From the IMG/VR virus record IMGVR_UViG_3300048924_000191, positions 179,379 to 243,378 of that record: a stretch of 64,000 nucleotides of DNA; one strand, given 5' to 3'. Shown here one piece after another: positions 27,494 through 36,452 of the stretch. How positions within the stretch are numbered: position 1 is the first letter of the stretch; each line of letters starts with the position of its first letter. Below the pieces are notes generated by a model. It made no database searches and was not told the DNA's origin. It worked only from the letters and a program-made list of their open reading frames with translations. A program made the translations under genes and the position numbers.

Positions 27494-29575
27494 ATGCCTG
27501 TCGCTCAAACCAGTTCTCTGCCGCGGGTTAATTTCCGCGGGACGGACGACCGTAGCCCGGTGAATATCGCTACGCCTTCCGAAGCGTTGCCGATCCGTAT
27601 CCCACTGTTCATGGACTTTGCGCCATGGGGTGAGGAAAACCGCGCTCGCTACATCAACACCAACACCGCCACGGCTTTGTACGGTTCCGACCTGCTCGAG
27701 CCGCTGTCGCCTTTCTTCACTCACCAGACCCAGTTCCTGAAGTCTCACCTGGAAGCTGGTGGTAAAGCACTGCTCCTGGGTCTGCGTCCTGCTGACGCCA
27801 AGCAGGCTACCGGCCGTATGGTCCTCGACCTTGTCGCCGACGACATCCCGCTGTACGAGCGTAACCTCGACGGCAGCTTGAAGTTCGACGGCACTGGCGC
27901 TCGCATCCCGACTGGCGATACCGTTCCTGGTTTCCGTGGTCAATGGCGTGTGGTCGAAATCGTTGCAGGTCCTGAAGGTACCAACGGCTATGGCGCAGGT
28001 TCTCGTGCTGCCGGTGCTCTGGTATCGGTCAAGGACGGTAGCGTGTCCGAAGTGGTTCCGGTCACTGACTGGGCTGCTCGCTTCCGTGGTGCTCGCGGTA
28101 GCAACATCGGCTTCCGCATGTGGGCTCCAACCAGCAAGTCGTCTGAACCTCTGGACGAAAGCCTGGTAGAGCAGCTGAAGTCTCGGCTGTACCGCATTCA
28201 GATGATCGAACGTGCGACCTCGGCTTCGACCGCATCGCCGATTCGTACCATCACTGCAGAATCCTACTGTACCTTCAGCTTCAAGAAGGGCGTGGTCGAT
28301 CGCTCGACTCGCACGCAGTACAGCTTCGACAAGGCCATCGTGCCACGTTACGAGTCGAAGAAGGAAACTGCCTTCACCGGTTTCGGTCCGATGGAAAAGG
28401 CGTTCGCTTACGATGCCAACATCACCGAGTTGCTGACCAAGCTTTCCGAAGCTGAAGCAGCGCACACCGGCGAAGACTTCAGCGACATCCACCTGTTCAA
28501 CTTCCTGTCGGGCGTTGACATGGACGGTAACCCTTACCACACGTTCGTGCTGGAAGGTCCGACCACTGGTGGCGTGTACCTGAACGAGACCTCGAACCTG
28601 TACCTCAAAGGTGGTAGCGACGGTACTCTGACCCCAGAAGGCTACAACACTCTGGTTGACGAGTTGTTGACCAACATCGAGAACTCGCCGATTCCGTTCA
28701 AGTCGATCGCGCGCATGCCGTACGACTCGGTCTGGGATTCCGGTTTCCCGCTGGCAACCAAGATCAAGTTCGGCAAGTTCCACCAGATCCGTCCAGACGT
28801 GCTGATCCACTGCTGCACCCAGGACGTGTCCAAGCGCATCAACACCTCGGCCGAGGACTCCTCGATCGGCGTGGCTCTGCGTTCGGCCTTCCGCTCCATG
28901 CAGGAATCCGCCGAGTTCGGTACCAAAGCCATGCGCTTCTGCCTCGTGCCGAACGCCGGTTATCTGATCGAGGATGACTACGATCAGCTGGTTCCGTTCC
29001 TGGAATACCTCTGCATCCTCGGTGCCAAGTACCTGAGCTCGGACTCCGGTTCGATGACCAGCGAGTTCACCTTCGGCCGTGGCGAGAAGACCATCATCAC
29101 TCGTTACCGCGACCACAACGCCGTCTTCCGCGACGACGATGTGCGTGTGAACGACTGGGACAACGGTCTGAACCTCGCCACCGAGTACGACATGTCTCGT
29201 CTGGCCTGGCTGGGCGTGCAGTCGATCCACGAGGACCACACTTCGGTACTGCACAGTTACCTGAACGTGGTCATCATCTGTAACCTCACCCGGATCGGCC
29301 ACATCGTCTGGCGTGAACTGGCAGGTGACGATCAGTTGGAAGACGATGCGTTCCTGGAAGAAGTAGAACGCCGCGTCATCGCGAAGACCACCAACCCTGA
29401 CCGTTACGACGGTCGTGTTGACGTGACGCCGAACGCGTACTACACCGCGCTGGATGAGGCGATGGGTACCGCATGGCACCTCGACATCAACATGGAAGGT
29501 GAAGGTCTGCGCGGCGTGGAGAACCTGGCCATCATCGCCCAACGTCGCCGCAACGAGGATACTGCCAATGGCTAA
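27494..29575 (+). CDS. Tail sheath protein (phiKZ gp29-like)
   Basis: 693 aa with strong codon bias, directly followed by the tube gene. Contains YDSVWDSGF and YL.GG.DG sheath-like segments. Confidence 0.85.
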   Translation: MPVAQTSSLPRVNFRGTDDRSPVNIATPSEALPIRIPLFMDFAPWGEENRARYINTNTATALYGSDLLEPLSPFFTHQTQFLKSHLEAGGKALLLGLRPADAKQATGRMVLDLVADDIPLYERNLDGSLKFDGTGARIPTGDTVPGFRGQWRVVEIVAGPEGTNGYGAGSRAAGALVSVKDGSVSEVVPVTDWAARFRGARGSNIGFRMWAPTSKSSEPLDESLVEQLKSRLYRIQMIERATSASTASPIRTITAESYCTFSFKKGVVDRSTRTQYSFDKAIVPRYESKKETAFTGFGPMEKAFAYDANITELLTKLSEAEAAHTGEDFSDIHLFNFLSGVDMDGNPYHTFVLEGPTTGGVYLNETSNLYLKGGSDGTLTPEGYNTLVDELLTNIENSPIPFKSIARMPYDSVWDSGFPLATKIKFGKFHQIRPDVLIHCCTQDVSKRINTSAEDSSIGVALRSAFRSMQESAEFGTKAMRFCLVPNAGYLIEDDYDQLVPFLEYLCILGAKYLSSDSGSMTSEFTFGRGEKTIITRYRDHNAVFRDDDVRVNDWDNGLNLATEYDMSRLAWLGVQSIHEDHTSVLHSYLNVVIICNLTRIGHIVWRELAGDDQLEDDAFLEEVERRVIAKTTNPDRYDGRVDVTPNAYYTALDEAMGTAWHLDINMEGEGLRGVENLAIIAQRRRNEDTANG

Positions 29576-30434
29576 CTTGAGGTACAAGGATACGCTGACC
29601 AACAAAGGGTCGGCCTCTACCGCTCAAACCACCATCCTGAACCTCGCGGTCCAGGGTCAACAAGGTTACCTGACGGATATGGCTTTCTATCCGTCGGCAA
29701 CCGACTACATCAACAAGAACCTGATCATCAAGGTTCTGCAGATCCCTCTGGGTCTGATGATGATGCCGAATGCGCAGGCCTACATCGCTGCGTACAAGAA
29801 CATCATCGAGAACTGGATGCAGGGCTGGTCTGGCTTCAACCAGACGCTCAGCGTGGAATCGCAAGAAACCGCTCTGGGTAACGCCGGTGAGATGTTCCAG
29901 ACCCCTGGCCGCGTGAGCCGCGCTCGTTCGCAGATCACGTCGACCATTGTGGAGAAGGATCGTCGTCCGATCATCCGCTTCCTGAAGGACTACGTCCGCT
30001 ACCTCATCGGCGACCCGGATACCGGTCACCCGCTGTTGTCGGCGGTGTCCAACGAGTTCACCGACCAGCTGGCCGACGTTTACGCCGGTTGCATCCTGGC
30101 CTGGGAACCGGACAAGACCTTCCGCTACGTGGAAAACGCGTGGATGATCGCGAACTTCTACCCGAACGGCGAAATCGGCGAGGACACTGGTCAACGTGTT
30201 CTGCAACAAGCCGGTGAGACCCGCACCTACAACCTGCAATGGGCAGGCTGGCAGAAAGTGGGCTACGCTGTCGAGAAGCTGGCACAAGGCTTCATGGATG
30301 CTGTTCGTGTCACTGGTATCGATCCGTCGTACCAGCAGACCGCTGTGAAGTCTGTCGACGCCAACACCGCGGCAGTACCGACTGGCTTCCAGGAGCAGAT
30401 CACTGCCATGAAGTCGAACATGGTTCGTCCGTAA
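29568..30434 (+). CDS. Tail tube protein (phiKZ gp30-like)
   Basis: Start MANLRYK with GAGG upstream, overlapping the sheath stop; strong codon bias. Confidence 0.8.
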   Translation: MANLRYKDTLTNKGSASTAQTTILNLAVQGQQGYLTDMAFYPSATDYINKNLIIKVLQIPLGLMMMPNAQAYIAAYKNIIENWMQGWSGFNQTLSVESQETALGNAGEMFQTPGRVSRARSQITSTIVEKDRRPIIRFLKDYVRYLIGDPDTGHPLLSAVSNEFTDQLADVYAGCILAWEPDKTFRYVENAWMIANFYPNGEIGEDTGQRVLQQAGETRTYNLQWAGWQKVGYAVEKLAQGFMDAVRVTGIDPSYQQTAVKSVDANTAAVPTGFQEQITAMKSNMVRP

Positions 30435-30449
30435 GGGCTGACCAAGAGC

Positions 30450-30490
30450 ACCACACTGCGCTTCGGCGCAGTGTGGGCTTTATTTTTGTT
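30450..30490 (+). terminator. Intrinsic terminator
   Basis: CCACACTGCGC-TTCG-GCGCAGTGTGG followed by a T-rich tail. Confidence 0.85.
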
Positions 30491-30515
30491 TACGTGATTA
30501 GGGAAGGGATCATAC

Positions 30516-30833
30516 ATGTCTGCACAACAAACACTGCTTGGTGCGTTGAAGGAGCTGGAAGGCGATTTAGCGGTCACTGGACGTGGAACTGGGGGCATCG
30601 TATACATGGACGCTCCAAATGCTTCTGAAGGCGTCCGTAGGGTCTTAGAGAGCCTGTCTGAAGTTGGTAATGTCGTCAACTACAGCCAAAACATCTGTGA
30701 TGTGCGTTTCCTTGAAGGTAGCGATTACCGAATCGATGAAATCAGCATGACGCGTGAGTCGATGATCAACACGCTGGCTGGGAAGTTGGTATTGCCCAAA
30801 GGTACCAAGTTCAACATTACCTCACGTCGATAA
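30516..30833 (+). CDS. Hypothetical protein
   Basis: 105 aa, GGGA upstream, followed by a bidirectional hairpin. Confidence 0.6.
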   Translation: MSAQQTLLGALKELEGDLAVTGRGTGGIVYMDAPNASEGVRRVLESLSEVGNVVNYSQNICDVRFLEGSDYRIDEISMTRESMINTLAGKLVLPKGTKFNITSRR

Positions 30834-30903
30834 ACAAAAAAAAAGAAAGCTACAGGAGCAGGCTTGCGCCTGCTCCTGTATGCCGTTAACCTCACTTGAG
30901 GAT

Positions 30904-31047
30904 CTAGGGCTTTCTCAACTTCTTCAACAGCCGTCGTCGCGCATTCTTCTTACGCAACGATAGGTTATTGAATTGTTGTCTTACGCGTTTCTTATCCACT
31001 GGCGGTTCAACGTAGTTGATCATGTCGCCGTCGAAGTCAGCCGTCAT
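30904..31047 (-). CDS. 47-aa microprotein with RNAP catalytic-like ADFDGD motif and basic tail
   Basis: Manual translation MTADFDGDMINYVEPPVDKKRVRQQFNNLSLRKKNARRRLLKKLRKP. RBS GAGGAG lies 7 nt upstream, the start is 4 nt after the upstream stop, and a terminator follows. Confidence 0.7.
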   Translation of the reverse strand: MTADFDGDMINYVEPPVDKKRVRQQFNNLSLRKKNARRRLLKKLRKP

Positions 31048-31051
31048 GACC

Positions 31052-31639
31052 TCACTCCTCGAACGGATTGAGAGGACACTCTTTCAGTTCGACCATCCCG
31101 ACCTTCTGATCGCCCACTTGATAGTAGGCGTTACCGGTACGAAACTTCGCGTCGACGTTCACCACGACCAGATGTCCGTAGACCCTGAAAGTGATTCGCT
31201 CACCATCCCCAGCCTTGTTGTAGGTGGAGTGGGTGAGTTCCACGCTACGGTCTTTGTGGTTGTAGGCGGTGATCTTCAGCGAACCTTCGTCAACGACGTG
31301 AATGAACAGAGACATGTCGTTGACTTGGCGATTACCGTACAGCTTACCGCCCAGGGACAACTGCACCTTCTTCTTCACCGCCGCTGCAATACCCGGCTCG
31401 CAGAGAACTGACTCTGGGAAAGGTTCAGGTTTCACACCGCGAGCGCGCTGGCTGAACTGACTCTCGCCACCGAAGTATTCGATCTCAAGGATCTCGCGGA
31501 TGATTTTCGGCCGAGGAGCTGGCTTGATACCCAGCCGGCGTTCGAGGTTCTCCACCATGTTGAACACGTCATTGATGCGGATCTGCCACGGTTCCAGTGA
31601 CGATTGGTCCAGCTGGAGATTCATTTGTTCTTTCGACAT
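31052..31639 (-). CDS. Hypothetical protein
   Basis: 195 aa, AAGGA upstream. Confidence 0.7.
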   Translation of the reverse strand: MSKEQMNLQLDQSSLEPWQIRINDVFNMVENLERRLGIKPAPRPKIIREILEIEYFGGESQFSQRARGVKPEPFPESVLCEPGIAAAVKKKVQLSLGGKLYGNRQVNDMSLFIHVVDEGSLKITAYNHKDRSVELTHSTYNKAGDGERITFRVYGHLVVVNVDAKFRTGNAYYQVGDQKVGMVELKECPLNPFEE

Positions 31640-31647
31640 ACTTGTCC

Positions 31648-31926
31648 TTAAGACTTCAGATTTTTGGTCATGGATTTGAACAACTCCCCGGCTTCATTCA
31701 TGACGCGGGAGTATTCGTTCTTGGACAACCTGGGACGACATCGTGCGAGGTCGGCACGAAGAGCGCGGTACCAGCTGCCGGCCAGAGTCGGGTCAGCGTA
31801 GTGGCGTTGAGTAATCCCCAACGCCACCTGACGTGCTGTACCATCGAGACAGCCTACAGCGAATGCCGTGAACATCTCCGGTATTTCGAAATACCCAGGA
31901 GCTGCTTTAAGTTGCTCACGGTCCAT
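31648..31926 (-). CDS. Hypothetical protein
   Basis: 92 aa, GGAG upstream. Confidence 0.65.
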   Translation of the reverse strand: MDREQLKAAPGYFEIPEMFTAFAVGCLDGTARQVALGITQRHYADPTLAGSWYRALRADLARCRPRLSKNEYSRVMNEAGELFKSMTKNLKS

Positions 31927-31929
31927 GTC

Positions 31930-32901
31930 TTACTCCAGGTGGTGCTGCGTCATGGCGATCTGGAGCAGGTAGTAGAAGTGGATGCCAGTGCCAGTCAGCA
32001 GGTAATTGCGTTCCTCATACGCCATGAGATTACGGCTGACCAGGGTATTGACCATGAAGCTCCAGGCACCATCGCCGAACTGTGTACAGGCTTCTTCTTG
32101 CAGCGCCCAACGCTGTTCGAACTCAGCATCGAACAGAGCCGGATCAACGAAGCGCAGAGAGCGCTGAAGGAACGTCAGCAGTTCGTCAATGATAGACGTA
32201 GGCTGTTGCTCCAACAGGCCCCACAGAAGAACGTGAGCCAGCTCTGTCATGACGAAGCCATACTCACTGTCGTCGCGAGTCATCAGTTCGTGCTGGTCTA
32301 CAGCCACGTCTACAGCGCCCAGAGACAGACCGATGGCACCGAGGCTGATGTACGTTGCCAGCACTTGCTCATTGACCGTGTGGACGATGGCAGAAGCCGC
32401 AGGGTTTTCACCTTCGAGCAGATTGACGATCCGAATGGAACGAGGGTAACGCAGATCCAGGTTCTCCTGATCGTACACCACACCAGACACCGAGAAACCT
32501 TTGGTAGTATTTGGGTAGTAACTTTCAGTACGGACCGTGATGGCATCCTTGGTGTGCTCGGACACGTCAGCGCCGACGGGGTGGATCACGATCATGTTCT
32601 TCGAGAAGTGAACGAACGCACCTGCCGAATGATCCGGACGATTATCACGAACCACACGATACCCGCTGGCGTTCATCACGGCGATGATATCAGCGCCCTG
32701 ACTGAAACCCTGATTGAGAAGGTCTTCATCACGCAGGTCGGTCTCAATGCATTCACGCACCACTTGCGGATGGATGTTACTGCCTTCCCAGCTCATGCTG
32801 CGAACCTCACTGCCCTGAGGAATCTTCAGGATGTCGATGAGTTCGTTAACCATGTCGCGACGGCTGGTACCCAATACAACTTTGAGGGGATTCTGTTTCA
32901 T
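31930..32901 (-). CDS. Hypothetical protein
   Basis: 323 aa, GGAG upstream. Confidence 0.75.
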   Translation of the reverse strand: MKQNPLKVVLGTSRRDMVNELIDILKIPQGSEVRSMSWEGSNIHPQVVRECIETDLRDEDLLNQGFSQGADIIAVMNASGYRVVRDNRPDHSAGAFVHFSKNMIVIHPVGADVSEHTKDAITVRTESYYPNTTKGFSVSGVVYDQENLDLRYPRSIRIVNLLEGENPAASAIVHTVNEQVLATYISLGAIGLSLGAVDVAVDQHELMTRDDSEYGFVMTELAHVLLWGLLEQQPTSIIDELLTFLQRSLRFVDPALFDAEFEQRWALQEEACTQFGDGAWSFMVNTLVSRNLMAYEERNYLLTGTGIHFYYLLQIAMTQHHLE

Positions 32902-32989
32902 GGTGTATCTCCAGTGTGATCTGCATGATTAGTGCAGTAATTAGAAAAGTAACGGCATAAAGCCCGGCGCTAGGCCGGGCGATATACTT

Positions 32990-33960
32990 GATAGGTCAGC
33001 GCCCCCGGATTTTCACCGAGACCCTACGTCACCCGCGTACGTGGTTTCTCTCCACTACCTCCCAGTACCACGGGAGGGCAGGACTTGAACCTGCGACTTA
33101 CGCTTCGTTTCCGTTGCTCTAAATGTTGAGCTACACGCTGGGAAATTGCTGGCTGTACCGGACTAGTCCCGGTGACCGTCGTGTCTGACCCAGTACCCAG
33201 ATCAGCGGTGCTTCAGACTACCATTGTGGCGGGATTCGAACCCGTATGAGTTCCTCACATCAACGGCACGGATGCCGGAGCCGATCTACAACGGCCATCA
33301 CCAGGTGGAGTTGCACCACCCCCTACAATGGTAACGCGCGTACCCCAACATTCCAGCCCTTTCACGGCTATCCGGTTTGATAGGATACGAACAAGGCCCC
33401 AAGTGGTGGATTCGAACCACCTCAGAAGGATGAACGACGTTTACCAAAGTTTACGTACAAGCCAGCTGTGCCTGCGTCATGGTAAGCGTATCGAACATCT
33501 ATTCCTGACAACCCATCTGTGACCGAGGGATAAAACAGAGCCTAGGGTGGGAGTCGAACCCATATGCCTGAAACTTAAGTGACGTACCGCTGTACGGTAC
33601 GTGCCACCCCGTGGCCATCACCGAGAGGTTTCGAACCTCTCCCCTAGACGTAAATCTTACAAAGAGCATAAGGTCAGGCAGTCCGTAGACTGCCGTACCA
33701 AAGGAATAAGGCCGCCTCCAACTGCCGGCACAGAAACCCGTTGGAGGACTTACGCTTGAAGCATCACTGACGTCCCCAGCGATCAAGGAGCCTTCATACG
33801 CTTCAGGCTTATTTGGCTGCGGTGATAGGTTGAGTCTATTCTTCCAGTCACTTGCCCAGCAGGGTACGGCGCTTTGCCTCCGGAGTTATCCTGATAGACC
33901 AAGATAACGACGAATTTTACTTTGTAGCTATGAAGATCCGAGAGGGCGGTGCGCCTAGGG
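32990..33960 (-). ncRNA. Putative ~1-kb structured RNA with multiple T-loop (tRNA-like) modules
   Basis: No credible ORF. Eight hairpins with 4-5-bp stems and 7-nt T-loop-like loops, plus nested long-range helices, lie between tRNA-Asn and a terminator. Confidence 0.65.
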
Positions 33961-33985
33961 TAGGTGACGCTCGGATCTAAAGAAA

Positions 33986-34061
33986 TGGCTCCACGACCTG
34001 GACTCGAACCAGGGACCTGCGAGTTAACAGCCCGTTGCTCTACCGACTGAGCTATCGTGGA
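33986..34061 (-). tRNA. trnN: tRNA-Asn(GTT)
   Basis: 76-nt cloverleaf TCCACGA...CTGTTAA...GGTTCGAGTCC...TCGTGGAG-CCA with encoded CCA. Confidence 0.95.
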
Positions 34062-34068
34062 ATGAAAG

Positions 34069-34145
34069 TGGCGCCGCGTAGGGGACTTGAACCCCTGACC
34101 CCTAGCGTGACAGGCTAGTGCTCTAACCAGCTGAGCTAACGCAGC
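34069..34145 (-). tRNA. trnD: tRNA-Asp(GTC)
   Basis: 77-nt cloverleaf GCTGCGT...CTAGC-CTGTCAC-GCTAG...GGTTCAAGTCC...ACGCGGCG-CCA. Confidence 0.95.
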
Positions 34146-34370
34146 GATTTGGACATCTTTAGATTCTCGTGAGAGATGGCCAGAACTCACATCTCGCCGG
34201 CAGGCGGAACGCGCAGGGTAAACCTCGCATCGCCTCGCTGGCATCGTCCGAAACCGCGGCCAAGCAGCCCAAATGGCAGCAGCGCGTTTCCGGAAGCCGA
34301 GAACAACCGAACGCAGCCACGAGCAAGTAGGACGTTAGGCAGTTCTCGAACATAAGATACTACCTGATCT

Positions 34371-34382
34371 GTAACTTTTTAC
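34371..34382 (-). promoter_or_regulatory. Middle-type promoter motif upstream of the tRNA/ncRNA locus
   Basis: GTAAAAAGTTAC. Confidence 0.55.
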
Positions 34383-34391
34383 AGGAGTGTC

Positions 34392-34730
34392 TTATTTTGC
34401 TCGCCGTGGCATGTTGACCACGACCACTTGTGAACGCTCAGGATGAGCGAACATGTCTTTCGGACAACGTCCGGCGACGGAGTAACCACGCGGATGTTTC
34501 ATGTACACCATCTTCGCAGCCAACAGCTGACGGACCTGGGAAGACTTATTGAGCTTGACGTCGCTCAATGCATTGCAGATGTCTCGCAAGTTAGCGTCGT
34601 TGGTGACGTGCTCTTTGGTGTGATCGAGTCGAAACACAACACGCAGATCGAACTCCTTGCGCAGTGCTGCTTCGAACTTACCGATGGTGCTGACATCGTG
34701 GTTGCTCAAACGATGTACGATTTCCGACAT
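34392..34730 (-). CDS. Hypothetical protein, paralog of the upstream gene
   Basis: 112 aa; IGKFEAALRKEFDLRVVFRL. Confidence 0.65.
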   Translation of the reverse strand: MSEIVHRLSNHDVSTIGKFEAALRKEFDLRVVFRLDHTKEHVTNDANLRDICNALSDVKLNKSSQVRQLLAAKMVYMKHPRGYSVAGRCPKDMFAHPERSQVVVVNMPRRAK

Positions 34731-34757
34731 GGTGACGCTCCTTCTGGATGATTTTGC

Positions 34758-35198
34758 TTATTCGCCGAAACGGATGTTCTTTACCAAAGTATTACCGCTT
34801 GCTACCACACCTGCCTTACCGATGAATTCGATCTCGGCCTTTTCCAGATCGATACCTTCAGCAAAAACGCCGCCACGATAAGGCCGCACGTATTCACGAA
34901 TAGCAGCACGCAACTGCGCAACGGTGCGGACAGCAGTAAAGTCGTTCGAGACCTTATCGCTAAGATCATGAACTTGCGTACCGGTCCATTTGATGGTGGT
35001 CTTCGGATGCAGTCGGATCACCACGCGGATACCATATTCGCGATGGAAGGCAGTCTCCAGATCGCCGATGTTTTTGAGCTCGTGTCGACCTAGCCCGGTC
35101 TTGGATTTACCGCCCATCGCTTTGCCGACAGCCTTGGTGGACTTGCTGAAGTTATCCAAAGCTTGAGCTGCGGTTGCGTACTTACGTTTGCTGTTCAT
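34758..35198 (-). CDS. Hypothetical protein, paralog of the downstream gene
   Basis: 146 aa; IGDLETAFHREYGIRVVIRL. Confidence 0.7.
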   Translation of the reverse strand: MNSKRKYATAAQALDNFSKSTKAVGKAMGGKSKTGLGRHELKNIGDLETAFHREYGIRVVIRLHPKTTIKWTGTQVHDLSDKVSNDFTAVRTVAQLRAAIREYVRPYRGGVFAEGIDLEKAEIEFIGKAGVVASGNTLVKNIRFGE

Positions 35199-35208
35199 GC
35201 CGTTCCCC

Positions 35209-35637
35209 TTAATGATCGAAGTAAACCAGAACGCGAATGTCTGGACGAGTCTTCAATTCGAAAAATTCTTCCAGGAAGTCATCGACATCGCCCGCATCGC
35301 TGTTATCGCGGAAGAGGACTTCAGACAGATAGTCACGCCAATCCCACCCGCTTCCCGTAGGTTGACCGTCCAACAACATCGGCTGGTCGAAGTTGAACGT
35401 CAGCAGATCTTCGAGCATGAACCAGCAATGCCCGTAATCGCTATCAAGGTACTCGCGGTACGTGGTGCCGTCCGGTATCCCAGCAGTGCCGATGAAACGA
35501 TCGTGCTGGTGACCGAACTCCTTACCCAAGAACATAGCGGCGAATTCATCGGACGGCTTGTGGCTGACCTCATCGATCTTCTTCCACTTACCGTCTGTCT
35601 GCACTTCCAAGTAATAGTAGATTGCTTGACCCATCAT
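35209..35637 (-). CDS. Hypothetical acidic protein
   Basis: 142 aa, AAGGAG upstream. Confidence 0.7.
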   Translation of the reverse strand: MMGQAIYYYLEVQTDGKWKKIDEVSHKPSDEFAAMFLGKEFGHQHDRFIGTAGIPDGTTYREYLDSDYGHCWFMLEDLLTFNFDQPMLLDGQPTGSGWDWRDYLSEVLFRDNSDAGDVDDFLEEFFELKTRPDIRVLVYFDH

Positions 35638-35758
35638 AAACTCCTTCGTTACAAAAAATAAAAAGAGAGGGCATACAGCCGGGACCGAAGTCCCGGCTGT
35701 ATGTGTCGCGCGTCGCTAGGACGTTGGCCGTTCCAGGCGGCGCGCCAACCAGGCCGAA

Positions 35759-36229
35759 TCAGTTGGCGAAGGTGCTGGCTGCGCTTTCGCCCAGATAGCT
35801 GACGACCTTCTTCAGGTCGGTCTTCTTGCGGCCGCTGCCCAGGATGACGTCGGTGGTGGAGACGCCGAACTTCTGCCACGGTTTGCCCATGGCGGTGCCG
35901 GAACGCTCGCGCTCGTAGCTGTTTTCGATGGTGCTGTAGCCCAGCTTGACTTTCAGCGAACCGGACTTCAGTTCCGGGTTGGCTTTCATGTGGTCTTGCT
36001 GCAGCTCGCCGTGGGCCAGGGCCAGACCGGCGGTGATGTCCAGGGTGAAGTCTTGGCTGTCTTTCAGGCCGTCCATGGTCAGGGTCGGCGGCAGGAAGCG
36101 GGCGAAGACGTCATCGAGTTGCTTCTCGTCCTTGGGCACGGTCACGTTGGTGGTTGCATCCAGTACCAGCTCCGGCTTGACAGCGTCGGCGATTTCGCGG
36201 ATACGTGGGTTCAGTTCTTCACGGGACAT
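35759..36229 (-). CDS. Probably highly expressed early protein
   Basis: 156 aa with extreme GC3 codon bias, its own promoter motif, a structured leader and a terminator. Confidence 0.8.
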   Translation of the reverse strand: MSREELNPRIREIADAVKPELVLDATTNVTVPKDEKQLDDVFARFLPPTLTMDGLKDSQDFTLDITAGLALAHGELQQDHMKANPELKSGSLKVKLGYSTIENSYERERSGTAMGKPWQKFGVSTTDVILGSGRKKTDLKKVVSYLGESAASTFAN

Positions 36230-36355
36230 GGGGCATTTCCTTGATGGTAGTGTTGCTGATGGATCGAGAGGACTCTCGAGGGTTTCGTTCGTTCACATGA
36301 CAGTGAGTGTTTGTAACTACTTACAAGCAACCCATGAAGGATTGCGAGAAGATGC

Positions 36356-36396
36356 TGGAATCACGATGATAATGTATCGCTGTGTTTTGGTTAACT
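36356..36396 (-). promoter_or_regulatory. Early-type promoter motif
   Basis: AGTTAA-N13-ATACATTA-N7-GATTCCA. Confidence 0.65.
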
Positions 36397-36452
36397 TCGC
36401 AAAAAAAAAAGAATGGTAGAGCAGCACCCGAAAGGGTGCTGCTCTCATACCG

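Noticed and set aside
33070-33140. A third functional tRNA
   Set aside because: D- and T-arms are present, but the anticodon arm is irregular and the adjacent 3' strand (CCTCCCG) does not pair with the 5' strand. It is treated as part of the larger RNA.
32990-33960. tmRNA, self-splicing intron or CRISPR array as the identity of the non-coding kb
   Set aside because: No tag reading frame with an alanyl-type acceptor end was found, no split flanking CDS, and no identical direct repeats. An Rfam search is still needed.
33328-34353. ORFs 33328-33522, 33499-33786, 33783-34244 and 34159-34353
   Set aside because: They overlap two canonical tRNAs and the structured region, lack good RBSs and show no phage codon bias.
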